Shown here: positions 1-12,887 of the stretch, in pieces
How the letters are laid out: the number at the start of each line of letters is the position of its first letter
Numbering within the stretch: position 1 is the first letter of the stretch
Origin: Ramazzottius varieornatus
Taxonomy: Eukaryota; Animalia; Tardigrada
Reading direction: 5' to 3'
DNA: 64,000 bases
NCBI GenBank assembly: GCA_001949185.1
Contig: BDGG01000006.1
Span: 1,966,827 to 2,030,826 of the forward strand
Program-made: the position numbers and the translations under genes
The notes under the pieces: generated by a model
Seen by the model: the letters and a program-made list of their open reading frames with translations, nothing else
Told to the model about the DNA's origin: nothing
The model's database searches: none

Positions 1-867
1 GCATCAGTACCCCCTACAAAACCAAATGAACGAACAACTGTCATATGCCGCATAACTGAGTTGTTGAGACAAGGGACAGAGAAGAAACTTGCTAATACCT
101 ATTACGAGGAGGGCGACCAACAGGCAAAGAAGAGATAGCCGCGACATCTTGAAAGGGGAGGATAAAGTCCTAGCACGGTTCACGGGACACCGAAAGTTTT
201 CAAATTGCCGAAGAAAGCGAAATTGATAGAAAGCGGTAGTTGCTGCCCACTGAAATTTCTGTTACGTCTTTTTATGTAAGAAAAGATGCTAAGTCAAGGT
301 TGGTCAGCCTTGGGTACTTGGCCAAAAATGCTACTTGTTTGTTGGTAGAAACTCAATATCATATGCCGGAAGTTTCTCCGGAGAAGCACGGGTTGCTTCA
401 CCAAACAACCTGATTAAGAATCCGGTTCGTTAATTGAATACGATTACAAAACAAGTTAAAACAGGTTTATTGTGACTGGTTGCGATCGCGACGATCACTT
501 TAATTTGAAAATGGAGAAAGAATCCAGGGGTCGTCGAGATGGCGGAAAACCCAAGTCTTGAGTCAGCTGACGGGACCGCCACCCGTTCTTGTCAAGACGG
601 ATCTCCAGTAGACAGTCACATCATCTCTAGTCGGTTACTTGAGTTTTTCCAGAAATCCGACCATTCCGTTATTGTACTCGGGTTCCATCATAGTACTATC
701 TAAGCTCTTCGAGGAGCAGGAAGTGTATTAATAAAATCAAGCAGCTTGAATTAACGACATAAGGCTATTTCTCCGTACGGAAAAGTACATAACTGCTACT
801 TTTTTGATTGTTTTGCACGGAATCAACGACGCGTGGCTTTCTTGGTGGGAGCTGAATACAAGTAATC

Positions 868-1015
868 GTACTTTGCCTAATTATGGGCATGGAAAAAATT
901 TTGGGCGCTGACCGGAAGCGGCAGGGGCCAGCTGAAACCGACCAATCAATCGAACTACTACCGCTTTCGGCCGGTGCCCGAAATTTCGTCCATGCCTATG
1001 ATTAGGCTAAGTTCG
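868..1015. mobile_element. Short palindromic MITE-like element
   Basis: ~55-bp imperfect inverted arms: TTTGCCTAATTATGGGCATGGAAAAAATTTTGGGCGCTGACCGGAAGCGGCAG vs CTACCGCTTTCGGCCGGTGCCCGAAATTTCGTCCATGCCTATGATTAGGCTAA; non-coding. Confidence 0.7.
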
Positions 1016-1259
1016 TATATAAAACATCGGGACCATGGTAAGACCATTGACGATCTCACTCGGACGCTTCTTCAGACTGGCTGTCCGTTGCGAATTTGGC
1101 AGTGCAAATATCAGGAGGAGCCAAATCCATAAATTTAATGGTGATGAATCTGGAGGGTCGATCAGCTTGCTGATGATGAGCACTCAGCACTACGCGTTGA
1201 CACCTCGTCTCTTTTTCTGGAAATCGGCCCTACTGTAGCTACGGAACGCGCACCATTGT

Positions 1260-1385
1260 TGTACTCTCGCGATACACGCGGACATAAGCCATACAGGTTC
1301 CTCCCCCCCCTATAGCGGTTCAGTACACATTATGTAAACCGGGGGATGACGTCATAGGTATGTCTGTGTGTATCGCGAGAGTACA
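1260..1385. mobile_element. MITE-like element with ~27-bp terminal inverted repeats
   Basis: TGTACTCTCGCGATACACGCGGACATA ... TATGTCTGTGTGTATCGCGAGAGTACA are reverse complements with few mismatches. Confidence 0.7.
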
Positions 1386-3956
1386 GTATAATATTACACA
1401 GTAGATTTTTGGGCGCCGAGTGGCTCTGATCATTTAGTCAATTTGGACAGAATTCATTCTTCACTAGGGACCATGACAGAGGTACACAGCAATTTAACTA
1501 TGTCTCTGAGAGAAACTGTATTCATGACAAGCGCGGAAGATGGTCGAATCCGACAAGAAAACAATAAAGCTGGCTTTCTATCTTAGAGGATATTTATGCT
1601 CAGAGTAGGATTTGGTTAGTTTGTACAGCACGGGGAAAGGTTCAAGGTAGATTCGAGCAGGTCCCACGTACTTCCCGGGCTGGTCTATTTGCCGTAAAAG
1701 CCAAGTCCAAATCCCCCCCAACCGCCGAAGAAAGGATAACCAAATCCAAATCCGCCGTAGGGAAATCCCCAGCCAAAACCTCCGTAAAACGGAAATCCGA
1801 ATCCGCCAAAGCCAAAGCGCCTCCTGAACCAGGCATCAGCACCTACAAGGGAAAGAGGATGAACGATCGTCCTCGCTAATCGGGCAAGAGCTCGTGGAAC
1901 GCATGGTTCGTTAGCTACGGATAACAGAGTTCAGAAGAGAACAGTGGTTCTTTACCTTGGAGAGAGACCATCAGGACAACGACAACCAAAAGGCACAGCA
2001 GGGAGAGCCGCGACATGTTGAAGCAGGGATGAGTTCGCTGAGGAAGGCTGTTTGGGAAAAAACCCAAGTGCACCGGTTAACAAAGGCTGATAGAAGCTTG
2101 CAGTAGAAGAACTTAGTAAGTAATCTTACATACTGATTTCGCCAGCCTGATGCGTCGATTTTATATAAGAAAGATGCACTGTCAAGGTTAATTGGCCTTG
2201 GGATATTTGGCGGTAAGTTCATGTGATTACCAAGGCGAAGTTAACAGCCATGGCGGAAGCGCTGTTGTCAAAAGAGAAATATTTCCGCAAATTACCGCTG
2301 GGAAATCCGGCTTTTTTGATTGCAGAGTGGTTCGAGAATCTTCTGTTCATGGTTTATTGGCGTGCAATCACAGGCCCAGGTGGCTTCACGCCGGCAAATG
2401 GTTCTTTCCGCCAATGTGTGCGCTGATGTGGGGAGGTTCTTGCGACAAAGAGCGGCTGGTGCACTTAGTCCATAACCATGCTGCTCGCTGCATCTCATTT
2501 GAAACGAAAAAGTTTCTGCGCTCGAACATAAATCGTGTCCGACAGTGGTGCATCAACACCCGGACTTTGATTTGGCTAACGTGGGTTCGCGTATATTTAA
2601 GCTAGATATTTTTTCTATCTCCTTGGTCCTGTCTGAAGTCTTTCGTGAGATTTGCGGTGTGGACTACAGGATGCACTATGCGCGATGGTTTCGAGTTTTC
2701 TTTTACGGAATGAATTGACTCGACATTTCTGGAAACTCGGGCATGATAGCGGCTTTACTCTGCACCGTACACACCAGAGCGACCGAATCGACAGTACGCA
2801 AAGATGAGATCGTTTTCGCGAAAAGATGCTAATCCGTGCTAAAAGCAAGTTTCTCTCCCATTACGTTTCACGTCATAGAACATTCCCCCAGGTCGCTATC
2901 AGTCAAAAAAACTTCCCGAGGAATAATGAAAATCGCCTTAGAAAGGAAACTATCGGATTTGACACAGCGTCAGAGCGATATTCTGCCCTGTCCATTGTCC
3001 GGAAAAAAATTTGTCATCTTCCTCCAGCTTGATTTTGCATAAAACACTATTCCATATTTGAGTACAAGTGTTTGGTCTTTCACGAGATATGCGTTTTGAG
3101 TTTCTAGAGTTAGGTAATTGTATATGTGCGGTACAATTTTTCGAGATTAACCGTGAAAATAGTGCGATAGCCTGCAGAGACACGGAAATTTTCGTTCCCA
3201 GAAACAGAAGGTCCGTGCTATAGCTGAACATCCTCGTAACGACTCCTGGAGTACACTGCGGAAACGATTAGTTTCCAAGTTACCGTTTTGGGGAAATCGC
3301 AACTTTTGGTGTATTCTAGTGTATTTTCAACGTTTGTCAGAAAATAATTTCTCGCGTTCTGTCAGGACAAGTCCATTCAAACTAACTACACAGTAGCGTG
3401 TATGCATGGACTATGGTGCGGTAATGTTGATGAAGTAACTATTAAACCTTGAGCATCACGCGATTTCCGCCTTCCAGAATGCGAGGTGGGAAGTGACTTT
3501 CGCCCTTTTTCAACTGGTCGAAATTTAGGGGGGGGGAGTCAACAAATACAACCAATCACCGCGTTTTCGACTGGCAGAAATTTTGGAATATAATGCAGTG
3601 TGCCACCTATCAACTTGAAACCTTGGTCAACCTTCATGTTTTTTCCTTGAACACCGGACAAACCATTTCACGAATCAGCTTTCGACTCGAGCTAGATTAT
3701 TCTAGGACTCTGGCCCAATCGAAAGTCTAACCGAAAAATAATTTGCAGGCTAGAACGAATATGGAAAACGGAAAAAATTCCAGACAGTTTTGCAAATACA
3801 CTGTCGAGTAGCTGCTAGTTGTAGTTTGTGGGGAAGTTAGTTCTTCAAAGGGCGAAACAACACGAGGAGCAGAAGCCGAACTGGAATCTCGTTACGTACA
3901 TATTAGTGCGCGCCGGGAAAGTGAGTTTCCCACCCGGTGCTCAAGGTGTTGAAAGT

Positions 3957-4092
3957 AGCTATCGAAACATGTACCTACATGTTTTGACAGCTACCAATTC
4001 AACAACCTGCGTGTTTTGTTAGCTATCGAAGTACTAACCTACTCGTTCGTGTAGCTATCAAAACTACAACCTAAATGTTTTTGCATCTACTT
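3957..4092. repeat. Degenerate 32-bp tandem repeat (~4.2 units)
   Basis: A(G/T)CTA(T/C) unit starts at 3957, 3989, 4021, 4053 and 4085 (exact 32-bp period); the full units also contain ACCT and mostly a TGTTTT-like tract. Confidence 0.75.
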
Positions 4093-5999
4093 GTTTGACG
4101 TGTAGGCACATATAGGCTCTAACTTTCTCTACATCAAAACAGCCGGCTTTTACTTGCGCCTTGACACAGGAACACACCACACAGGATCATTTCGTAGAGG
4201 CAGATTCGCTGATACTGTACCACGACGCCATGACTAACGTTCCATTCTTGCATTTAACGGCGCAGGAAGAAACCGACCTTTTCGATGCAGGCAAAATTAG
4301 AGCCTTCATCAAACTTCTTCGCTCAATGGATCATTTTCGTGTGACCCTGCGTTCTGCCATTGGGTGACGTCATACGCCGAACGGACTAGTACCGGAGCGC
4401 GGTGCCCAGGGATTTTCTATAAGGTCAGGGCTCAGCGATAAGTTTTCAAGGGCTAAGCTCTGCAGAATTTCACCGGGAGTAAAAGTATTTAGCAGTCCTC
4501 ACACAAAAACGTAATCTCCGCAAAACACGAAAGCCACCAGTCAAGCGTTACCCAAGGATGACAAGTCTTCGTTCATGAGGATCAGCAGCACGCAAGATGA
4601 CAAAGAACAAAACCACAGTCCCAAAGGATACAGCAGGTTGTGACAGGAGAGCGAGTAGGTGGGGCTTCGTAGTCCGCAATCTCGTTCTTCTTCCACAAGG
4701 TGGTCATCCTTCACCTTCTTAGCTACCTTCTCGTGATTCTGCAGTCAGTTTTTGATCTCCCGAACAGATTTCCTCTTCGCGTCCTGGGCAAAGCGACGGT
4801 TCAGCCCAATGCTAATGGTCTTTTAGACGAAGGTGATCAACCAGGCTGACGCAGTGAACATCGACAAGGCTCTGAGAGTGTCGCAGGAGATTCTTGTAGA
4901 GCTTGCCTCGACAACTGACGAAGTAGGCGCTTGCAACAACCATCGAAATCCTAAATGAAGAAAAACGAGCCTGAACAAGAGTCATCCATAATAAACTGTA
5001 AACTATCGGTGGTGGAAAATGACTTCTGCTTCGGTACTGAACTTACCTTCCCGTGTCTCACGCAATTGTCTCGTCAACTATGCGAACAGAAAGGAGAATC
5101 GGACATCCACTGTAGAGTGCTACAGATTATCAACTTGGTCGCTCGCCTTCGGCTCGCTTGCAGCTTGCCATGAGTGGATACCGTGGATCCTGGATTTTGT
5201 TTTAAACAAAATTGACCGGTTGTCTAGTCATCGTACTCAGTGTTATTTTACTATGACTTTTGGAATTTTAATTCCTATTACGATCACTAAAATTCTACCA
5301 GGCTTCATAATTTTAATTGCAGGAAACGGTTCTCGTAGAATCGTCTATTATCTATTAATTTTACTTATGTTAGCAGCAGCAGCAGTTGTAATTATCTTAA
5401 TTGCGGGGTGATGGAAACTACAGGTGTGATGCGAGCAAGACAACGTCGCCATGAAAAGTCGCTGCATTTGAGCTAGGAGGAGTTATGCACGCGCTGGGTA
5501 TAAGTGCAGCAAATGACTTGCCCGTGCACACGTTGAGTCAGTAAATTGAGCTGTGACTCATATAGCCCGTACCACTCATACGTCTCCCCGATCGAGTCGC
5601 GCACCTTGTTGGCTTACGGTTCCTTTTATTGCGCCACTGTACCATTACTCACTGCTCTAGTGAACTCGCGCACCGAGAAGGCTTGAGCAGTCTTCAAAGT
5701 CCAAAACATTCACCCGTTAACCTGCGTAGGGCCTCCCGATTTAATTCGGCATTGCTGTAAGGGGACCGTCTTAATTACGAAAAGGGCTATATGTGTGAGA
5801 AGAAACTAACCTCGTAAATATTCCGCCATCAATAGCACTTCACAGGTGAAACCAGCTTATTTTATAGCAAAATAACGAAAAAAAATCCGACTTTGATGAT
5901 ATGACAAATTCTAAGATTTTCGAACTGTACACAATATACACGGATGAACTAAAACGGAAAGGCAACAATTTTTCGGTGGTACAACAGAACAAAAGCCAG

Positions 6000-6538
6000 T
6001 TAGGAAGAAAATCGAACTTTAAGCTTCCTGAAATTCGGCGGCAGCTTGGCCTTTCCTCCCTTCTTGCGGTCTTCACTACCAGCCAAGGCTTTCTCACCCT
6101 TGTCCTGAGCCATGGCCGAGTCTCCAGTCTTCTTGGGCAGAAGCTTACGTGCGATGTAGGGCAAGACACCACCTTGAGCGATGGTCACTCCGAACAGAAG
6201 CCTGTTCAACTTGCAGTTGAACAAGATGAAATATTAGAACAAATCCGGTCAACCGTTAGACCGGGTATATGTCGATTGAACTGAAACTAGCTTACCTCTT
6301 CGTCATTCCGGATGGCGAGCTGCAGATGACGGGGAATGATGCGAGACTTCTTGTTGTCGCGAGCAGCGTTTCCAGCCAACTCCAGGACTTCGGTAGCGAG
6401 GTACTCAAGGACAGCAGCCAGGTAGACGGGAATGCCAGCAACAACCTGTTCAGCGTAGTTTCTTTTGCGGAGCTTTTCTGGATTGATCAACGGGCACCTG
6501 CTGGATCGGGACTTGCCTCCTTCCCCGCGTCTACTCAC
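6000..6538 (-). pseudogene. H2A: Histone H2A (intron-containing variant type) pseudogene
   Basis: Exon 1 ~6538-6296 encodes ...[55 protein letters not shown]; GT donor at 6295, intron to 6210; exon 2 encodes [25 protein letters not shown]. The N-terminal AGLQFPVGR helix is deleted or scrambled and there is no clean ATG. Confidence 0.85.
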
Positions 6539-6926
6539 GATGAACAACGAAATGAGATCACATACCTAAAAGAAAAGAGCAGCAGCAACCGAGAAGAGGA
6601 CAAAATTCCAAAAATTTTGAAACTAAATTTTTCATCCGCCGTTGGCAAGCTGTACGGCACGCAACTCCACGTCACCATGCCGTACATAGGTGAAACCAGC
6701 TGAATCATATCCAAGTCGTTCTTGACACTGCGAACAAGTTGGTGATTTACTGATTGGTTGTTGTGATCGAGAATAATACATTTTTTCACAGCGTGGGGCG
6801 ACTGACATCCGCGAAGTCCAAAGACTCACCCAGTCCTCGGCGCGTGAAGCCTCCAGTCGGAGAGACCCATGGCGTCGGTGCGCCCTTTACACAATATTTC
6901 TATATTAAAGTCAAATTCACTACCTA

Positions 6927-8103
6927 CAGCACCGGCGCCCGGGTGGGACCAGAGAACTCTTGCACTTTGATCGGATCAGAGTGCATGAGTTTTCCAGATC
7001 CACCCGAAAGGTAGGGCTTTCGCCCCTCCTTTCCTAGAGTTCAGCTTTCGCTGAACCCTTGATTGTTCTTTCTGTGGGGCAGGGCTTTCGCCCATCCCTT
7101 TTGCAATGTTTGACTTTCTCTGAATTTCATTCCTTTTGTGGGAGCCAATGATTTGATAAGTCTGTTTACAGTAGTCTAAAATAGGATAAAACAGTCGGTA
7201 CACTCTTTGAAATATAAAACGCCTGATCACATCGTTAGAGGACCTGTCTTTAACGTTAAAGCAAAAGGACATTAAACACGCTATGTTCTTCTCAGTCAGC
7301 TGACCTCGCCTCGGTCCAAGAAACGTATTCATATAGCTGAAACCTCTTTCTCCCTCAACTGAATTAACGGTTAACCAGATGTTGAGTAACGCCACCTTTG
7401 AGAGGTTCGGAAATTCCACCGTTATTTTCTTCCAGTAACCATCTAAGTCGACGAACTCTGGCTTGTGATGTTTCGGGTGCTCTTTAATTATCCTGATGTA
7501 ATCTGCCCACCCATCTGATGTAACATCTTTCACACATTTCGAATGACCTTTCTAACGTTCTATATCTGTATTACTGAGGCCTGGAAGCTTGTTCCTGAAG
7601 GCCATCGGACTGAAAATCTGAACGGCTTCAAAGAAGCTGGCACCAGGGTGGCGAAGCATTGGATCGGTGCTTGTGAGATTCGAAAGTCTCTTCGAGGCCT
7701 TCATCAGCGCTGTTCTGAACTCTGCCCTCGCACAATCGAACATAGTCGGTTCATCCCTGAAGAGCTCGCTCTCTGGCATGTACTTGGCGTCCTGAGCTTC
7801 AACTTTCGCTTGGCTAAAAAACTCCTGCATTTTGGTGACGGCCTGAAGAACGAAAGGGGCTGAAGGAAGGGAGTTGGACTCGCACTTGGCAAGTAGTGAC
7901 TCCAAGGGTACAGCTAACATATCCAGAAGATTCAGCTGAAATTTCACGACTGAAGACTGACAATCGTCTCTTAGGAGGTCTTTCAAATCTTTCACGCACC
8001 GATCCGCTGTTGGGAATTTACTGTGAAACTTTGAAGCAGACATGTTATTCGTTTGGTAACCAGGAAGAGATACCAACGCGCATACGCCCTTGAATTTGAC
8101 CAA
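6927..8103 (-). mobile_element. hAT transposon remnant (3' half of transposase, frameshifted)
   Basis: ORF 7533-6976 carries the hAT C-terminal dimerisation motif YWKKITVEFPNLSKVALLNIWLTVNSVEGERGFSYMN...RRGQLTEKNI; upstream ORF 8103-7552 is in another frame. Candidate end CAGCACCGGCGCCC at 6927, with repeated AGGGCTTTCGCCC nearby. Confidence 0.8.
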
Positions 8104-8166
8104 AGGTTAGATTACCTTAGGCTGTACTCCAAACTTTCAGTTAAAATTGTTTAAGTTATCGTCACG

Positions 8167-11100
8167 ATGTATACCGGTAGAAATGCCTGTCGGCACCCTG
8201 GAAAAACTGCTAACATACTAGTGACCAGCAATTCGAAATTATCCGGCGATGGTCGACATGTATTTGTTTCCGCCAACCGTCATCTACAGCGCACCTCCCA
8301 TGAGCAAACCAACGACGCCCACAAGCCAGCTAAACGTACTCGTAAGAATGGTAACAGATCCACTCGGCCATGTTCATCCTACAACAACACCACGGAAACC
8401 TCCTCCAGCGAATGTTCAGTACGGATATCACGGGTGAAACCTACGGACGAAAAAGTAAGCTTCAGCACACCTGTACTACAAAGACCTCTTCGGAGAACCT
8501 CGCGAGTTTCTGGGAATCTCAGTGGATGTGATATGCTGAGCGGGAGCGAAAACGAGGACTTGATTAATCTACAAGCCGGCGGAAAGGAAGAAAGCCTGAT
8601 TGATTTTGAGGAAGACCAAGGGATTATTGTGAAGGCCCGCAAGAGTTTCTCGAGCAGCTCGGGAAGGAACTCGGTAGATCGCGGGGCTGAGGTAGACATG
8701 TTTGGACTGGATGTGAGGAAGTCGTCCTCGTGGTCGAGTTCGGTGGATCGCTCGATGACGGATCTGAATAGTTACAGTACCATCTGTGATAGTTTTCTCG
8801 ATGAGAGACCTGTGACGGCCAAGGGCAAGTCTGTTTCGAGAATGGAAAGCGAACTGAAGATGGGTGCGTCCGTCGAACAGAAGGAGAATAGCAGAAACGA
8901 AGAGTTGGGAAGTTTCCGAGGTGGGAAGCATCAGAATGGGTTATTGGAAGAGGATGATGAGCCCTTGGGAGAATTGAGCATCTCCGATGTTTTGGAGTTC
9001 TTGACCGATACAATGGAAGATGTGAAGTTGTGGATTCATGAGGTGCCTGAAGATTGTCGGAAACAAATTGGTATGGTTTAGCATTATACCACTGTAAATA
9101 TTCGCTGCGTCCGCGCAGCACATCATCGTACACGTGAAGTACAGCCCCGGTCCGGCTTCACTACCTGTTCAACCCCCTACGGGGTGCATCGTCACGTGCG
9201 CGGACGCAGCGAATATTCACAGTATTGATAATTTTTTCAGGAGGAAATCTTGTATCAAAATGCACGACACCGAATCGATCCTTGTGGATCGCATTGGTTC
9301 TTTCCCTCAGACAGATTCACCGAGTCGATGTTTCAAATCGACAGCACAGTAAATTGATAGTGTGGGCTTTCCCACATCTAAAGCATTTCATTTTTGATAG
9401 GTCGAGTTTTTCATACTGGTAAACTGATGGTTTAAAATTGTCACTTGCGAATTAGAACGTTATCCTTTGTTTTTATAGGACAGTGCGAGGCATTTCTTTC
9501 CTACCTATGCGCGAAACTGTATAAAGATCGGGACATCCTTGTCGCACCCAACGTTTTTTCCTTCATCTTATGGAATGTCTTGAAAGAGTACGGATCACCC
9601 AACGAGTACGACCTCAGTCTTCTCGCCGAAGCTTTCACCAGCGTGAAAAGTCAGCAGAAGGACCTCCAGTGGTGCCACCACTCTGTAGCGGATATTGCAA
9701 AGAATCTGCCCATGACGTTGAGTTGTCAAAAGAAAGACTGCTTCGCACATGCTTCAAAGTCCTTGTCCGACATGCAACAGGACAAGAACGTCAAGAATGT
9801 CAAGTTCAAGAAACGTGCGACTGAGAAGCTCAACAACGACCCACGCCTCCAACATCTACAGAAAGGTCAAAGCCTCGTCCAAAAATTCAAAGCCAACAAG
9901 AAAACTCACCCGTTGGACCAGAACGAAACTGATATCCGACCTGATGCTTTCCATTCATTATCGTTGGAAAGTTTAAGTGACGCGTTGGCGAATACGCAGC
10001 CGAGGAAGGCCACAGCGGTTTTACCCAGTCAAGAACACATAACTGTCTATCCAAACCCTACGAAAACGGAAGAAAAGTTGCCATCGGCGGACGAGATGAG
10101 TTGCTTCTTGTCTTCGGAGATTCCAGTGAAACCTTCCCCGTCCAAGATACACAGGGTCAGAAGAGGGACCGCCGCTGAGTCACAAAACTACAGCGATGAC
10201 GGAGTTCGAACGCCGTTATCGGATGCTTGTGACATTCTATACAAGACCGCGAAACGAAATTTACGAAGGTAAGGAGATCTTTTTTGTTAACAGTTGTGAA
10301 TGATTAGGAGAGTAAAGGGGACCTTTTTCTCCTTGTAGAATGGTCGATTTCGCACTAACCGAGTTTTTTACACAGAGCCCCAGCTTGACATGCTGCTTTG
10401 TCAGTGCCAAAGGGCCGTTGCTGGTTCACGAGGCCCTCTTTGGGGCTCAGTGTAACAACTGGAACACCATTCGCCGCAATGGAAGGAAGCGAGCGGGGAT
10501 GAACGGCAACCATCTCATCGTCGACCTTCGACCGGACAGTATTCAGCATGCCGGACTGTGGACAGTCATCGAGTTCGTTTACACTGGTTCCTTCACGGTG
10601 ACGGCGGACAACGTGTTTGAGTCGCAAAAGGCGGCGGAGTACTTCGGTATACCGTCTATCACGGATGCGTGTTTGAGACTTCTCAACTGTTTGACCAGTT
10701 CGAAAATGGTGTGCTACACTATTGAGTCGTTGAGAAGACTTCAGAAGGAGAAACATCCATTGTGGACTTTAGCGCTGGGAAAGCTTGTTGTGTGCTTCGA
10801 CGAATGTTGGAACGACAGAATTATGGTTCGATGGCCGCTAGAAGTGATACTACCTATCCTGGAACAGTCCGAACTCTACACAAAGGTATGAAAATGTTTC
10901 ACTTTCTTTTCCGAAAGCATCAGAATCTCGGCTGCCAGGTTGCAGTCTACGTGCTTCTGGTACAATGTACCGGTCTCCAAGAAAAAAATGACTTTGCCTT
11001 CTTTCTGCATGGTATTCTTCTACAATTCCATGAGTTCAGTTATGGTCTACACAGGATGAGGTCAACGTGTACAATTTCGCCGTGCGTTGGGTCGAAGCTG

Positions 11101-12616
11101 ACTTCTCTCAGCGGCGTTCTCTAGTGCCGCAAATCATGAGCACAGTAAGGTTCGCTGCCATGAGTGCCGATACCCTGCTGTTCATCAGTTCACACGCCAA
11201 GATCCTGGATGGGCACCCGCTGCTTCGACAAGAAATTGCTGATCTACACCTGAAGATTCGCATGGAGGACAACGGCTTTGACATTCCGCCCGAAATGGAC
11301 TGGAGTATCCCACGCCGTTCAAAACGATCACCAAATGCCGCCAGAGCTTACGCGCACAGTGGCGACGACCTTAACGTCCTCATGCTATACTTCTGTCCAC
11401 GAGGTACGACTCCTGCTAAACATGGACGTTATTGGTGGGCGATACTCAACCATTGTTTCAGAGTTCCCAGAAAATGTGAAGAATGAACAATACTTGAAAG
11501 AAGATGCTGCGGTGATTTTACAACGGTACACCAAATTCTGCCAGAACTTCCTGTTGGTCACTGATGATGGTCGCTTCGCCGGACGCTGGATCTACTACGG
11601 ACTAACACCTCTGCAAATGAGAGACCTGGCTACCGAAAGGAGAAAACTGGTTCGCACAGCGGATTCTTTGGACCGCAGTAGCGATATCATCGAAGGGCCT
11701 GTGGGAGTTGGCGGTGACGGCGAAACCGTCGACACGATGGACGATACTGACAGTTCATCCAGCAATCTCTACAGTAAGGACTAAGGGCTCGGTACTTTAG
11801 TATGCTGGGTCACACCTAGAAGTAATCTCGTAGATTTACAACCCGGAACTAAGCTGGATAACCTGATGAGCTACCTGAGAACTCCACAGCCTCCTAAACC
11901 AAAGGGGCGTTCGACAACGAGCAAACCTCGTCCACCTACCATCTACGAAGATCGCGTGGCTGGTCGTGTCGAACCTGTGAACCGGATACTGGATGAGAGC
12001 AGAGATGCGCTGGAAAGAGAGCAAGCAGCTATACGGACCAAGGTACCACCTGGTCTGATAGGCGAGCTGAGGAACCAACGGTCCATGTGCAGTGCCGATT
12101 CAAAAGATATGGCTAAGATTGCTGCTATGAAGAAAGAACTGTGGAGTCGCATATCCGGTACGGGGTGCCCAGCAGCGGTACCGTGTACACCGTTGGCTGT
12201 GCGTAAAACCGTGAGCAACAAAGAGAGATCCGCGAATTCGGCCAGAGAAGAGGTCGATGCTCCAGAAAAACCTGTAGTGGGCCAGACCGAGACATCTTCG
12301 ACGTTTGTCGTAAACCAGGCACCAAACACCAGCGCCATACTAACAGATGAAAAGGATCCAGACCACAGTAAGTCTGGAAGCTACTCAGCCATTTTCCATC
12401 TGATATGAGGGGTGCCTTGTTTTGAAAGACGCTGTTTCATGCTTAGAATTTTCGGACGATGAAGAGCCTGAAAGAAAGAAATGGTACGTCGAGTTGGCCG
12501 AAAGGATGAATGTGTTCGCGACGACCAACTCCGAATATGAGCCGGTGAGCGGCGTCAGTCCTAGTCCTTCGTCGGTGCTGTTACGGACGGAGGAGATTGA
12601 ATGCCATTTGAAATGA
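8167..12616 (+). CDS. Large BTB/POZ + BACK domain protein with long low-complexity N- and C-terminal regions (~1243 aa, 8 exons)
   Basis: Phase-consistent GT-AG model: 8167-9070, 9241-9348, 9479-10268, 10339-10885, 11055-11403, 11462-11773, 11834-12367, 12429-12616 (3732 nt). BTB signature LWTVIEFVYTGSFTVTADNVFESQKAAEYFGIPSITDAC; BACK signature DEVNVYNFAVRWVEADFSQRRSLVPQIMSTVRF. Start codon and exon 2 are less certain. Confidence 0.75.
9091..9223. mobile_element. Intronic MITE (27-bp TIRs)
   Basis: ACTGTAAATATTCGCTGCGTCCGCGCA ... TGCGCGGACGCAGCGAATATTCACAGT, one mismatch; lies in intron 1 of the BTB gene. Confidence 0.8.
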
Positions 12617-12887
12617 GTCCGGCGTACAGGAAAAAGCAGGAATTCGGTACAAAGTGACTGTTCGATCACTGTCTTTGTGTCACGGAAAATGTACTTTGAC
12701 CGTTTTCTGTTCAAGGTTCGCTTTTATTGAGTAAATCTGCGAAACGCCTTTTTCGAGACTGCGCTACAGCGATCACAGATTTTTGCATGAGATCTTAGAT
12801 ATCCGAATAGGTGAACCGTTTCGCGCTGCCGTGCGCGCATTACTCACTTCTTGTAATCACCAGTTATCACTTATCGGACAAGAAAGA

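Noticed and set aside
2192-3800. Possible decayed transposase or non-autonomous element
   Set aside because: Looks repeat-derived, but I could not identify catalytic motifs or matching termini.
3957-4092. CRISPR-like array
   Set aside because: Eukaryotic context, no cas genes, and units are degenerate along their whole length rather than repeat plus spacer.
4388-6940. Pack-type element with defined ends capturing the H2A copy
   Set aside because: The candidate ends at 4388 and 6927 are in the same orientation and no TSD was found, so capture remains only a hypothesis.
11866-12616. Separate gene (possible operon) only 81 bp after the BTB ORF stop
   Set aside because: A GTAAG donor at 11774 and an acceptor at 11833 join it in frame to the BTB gene, so it is better explained as the last two exons.
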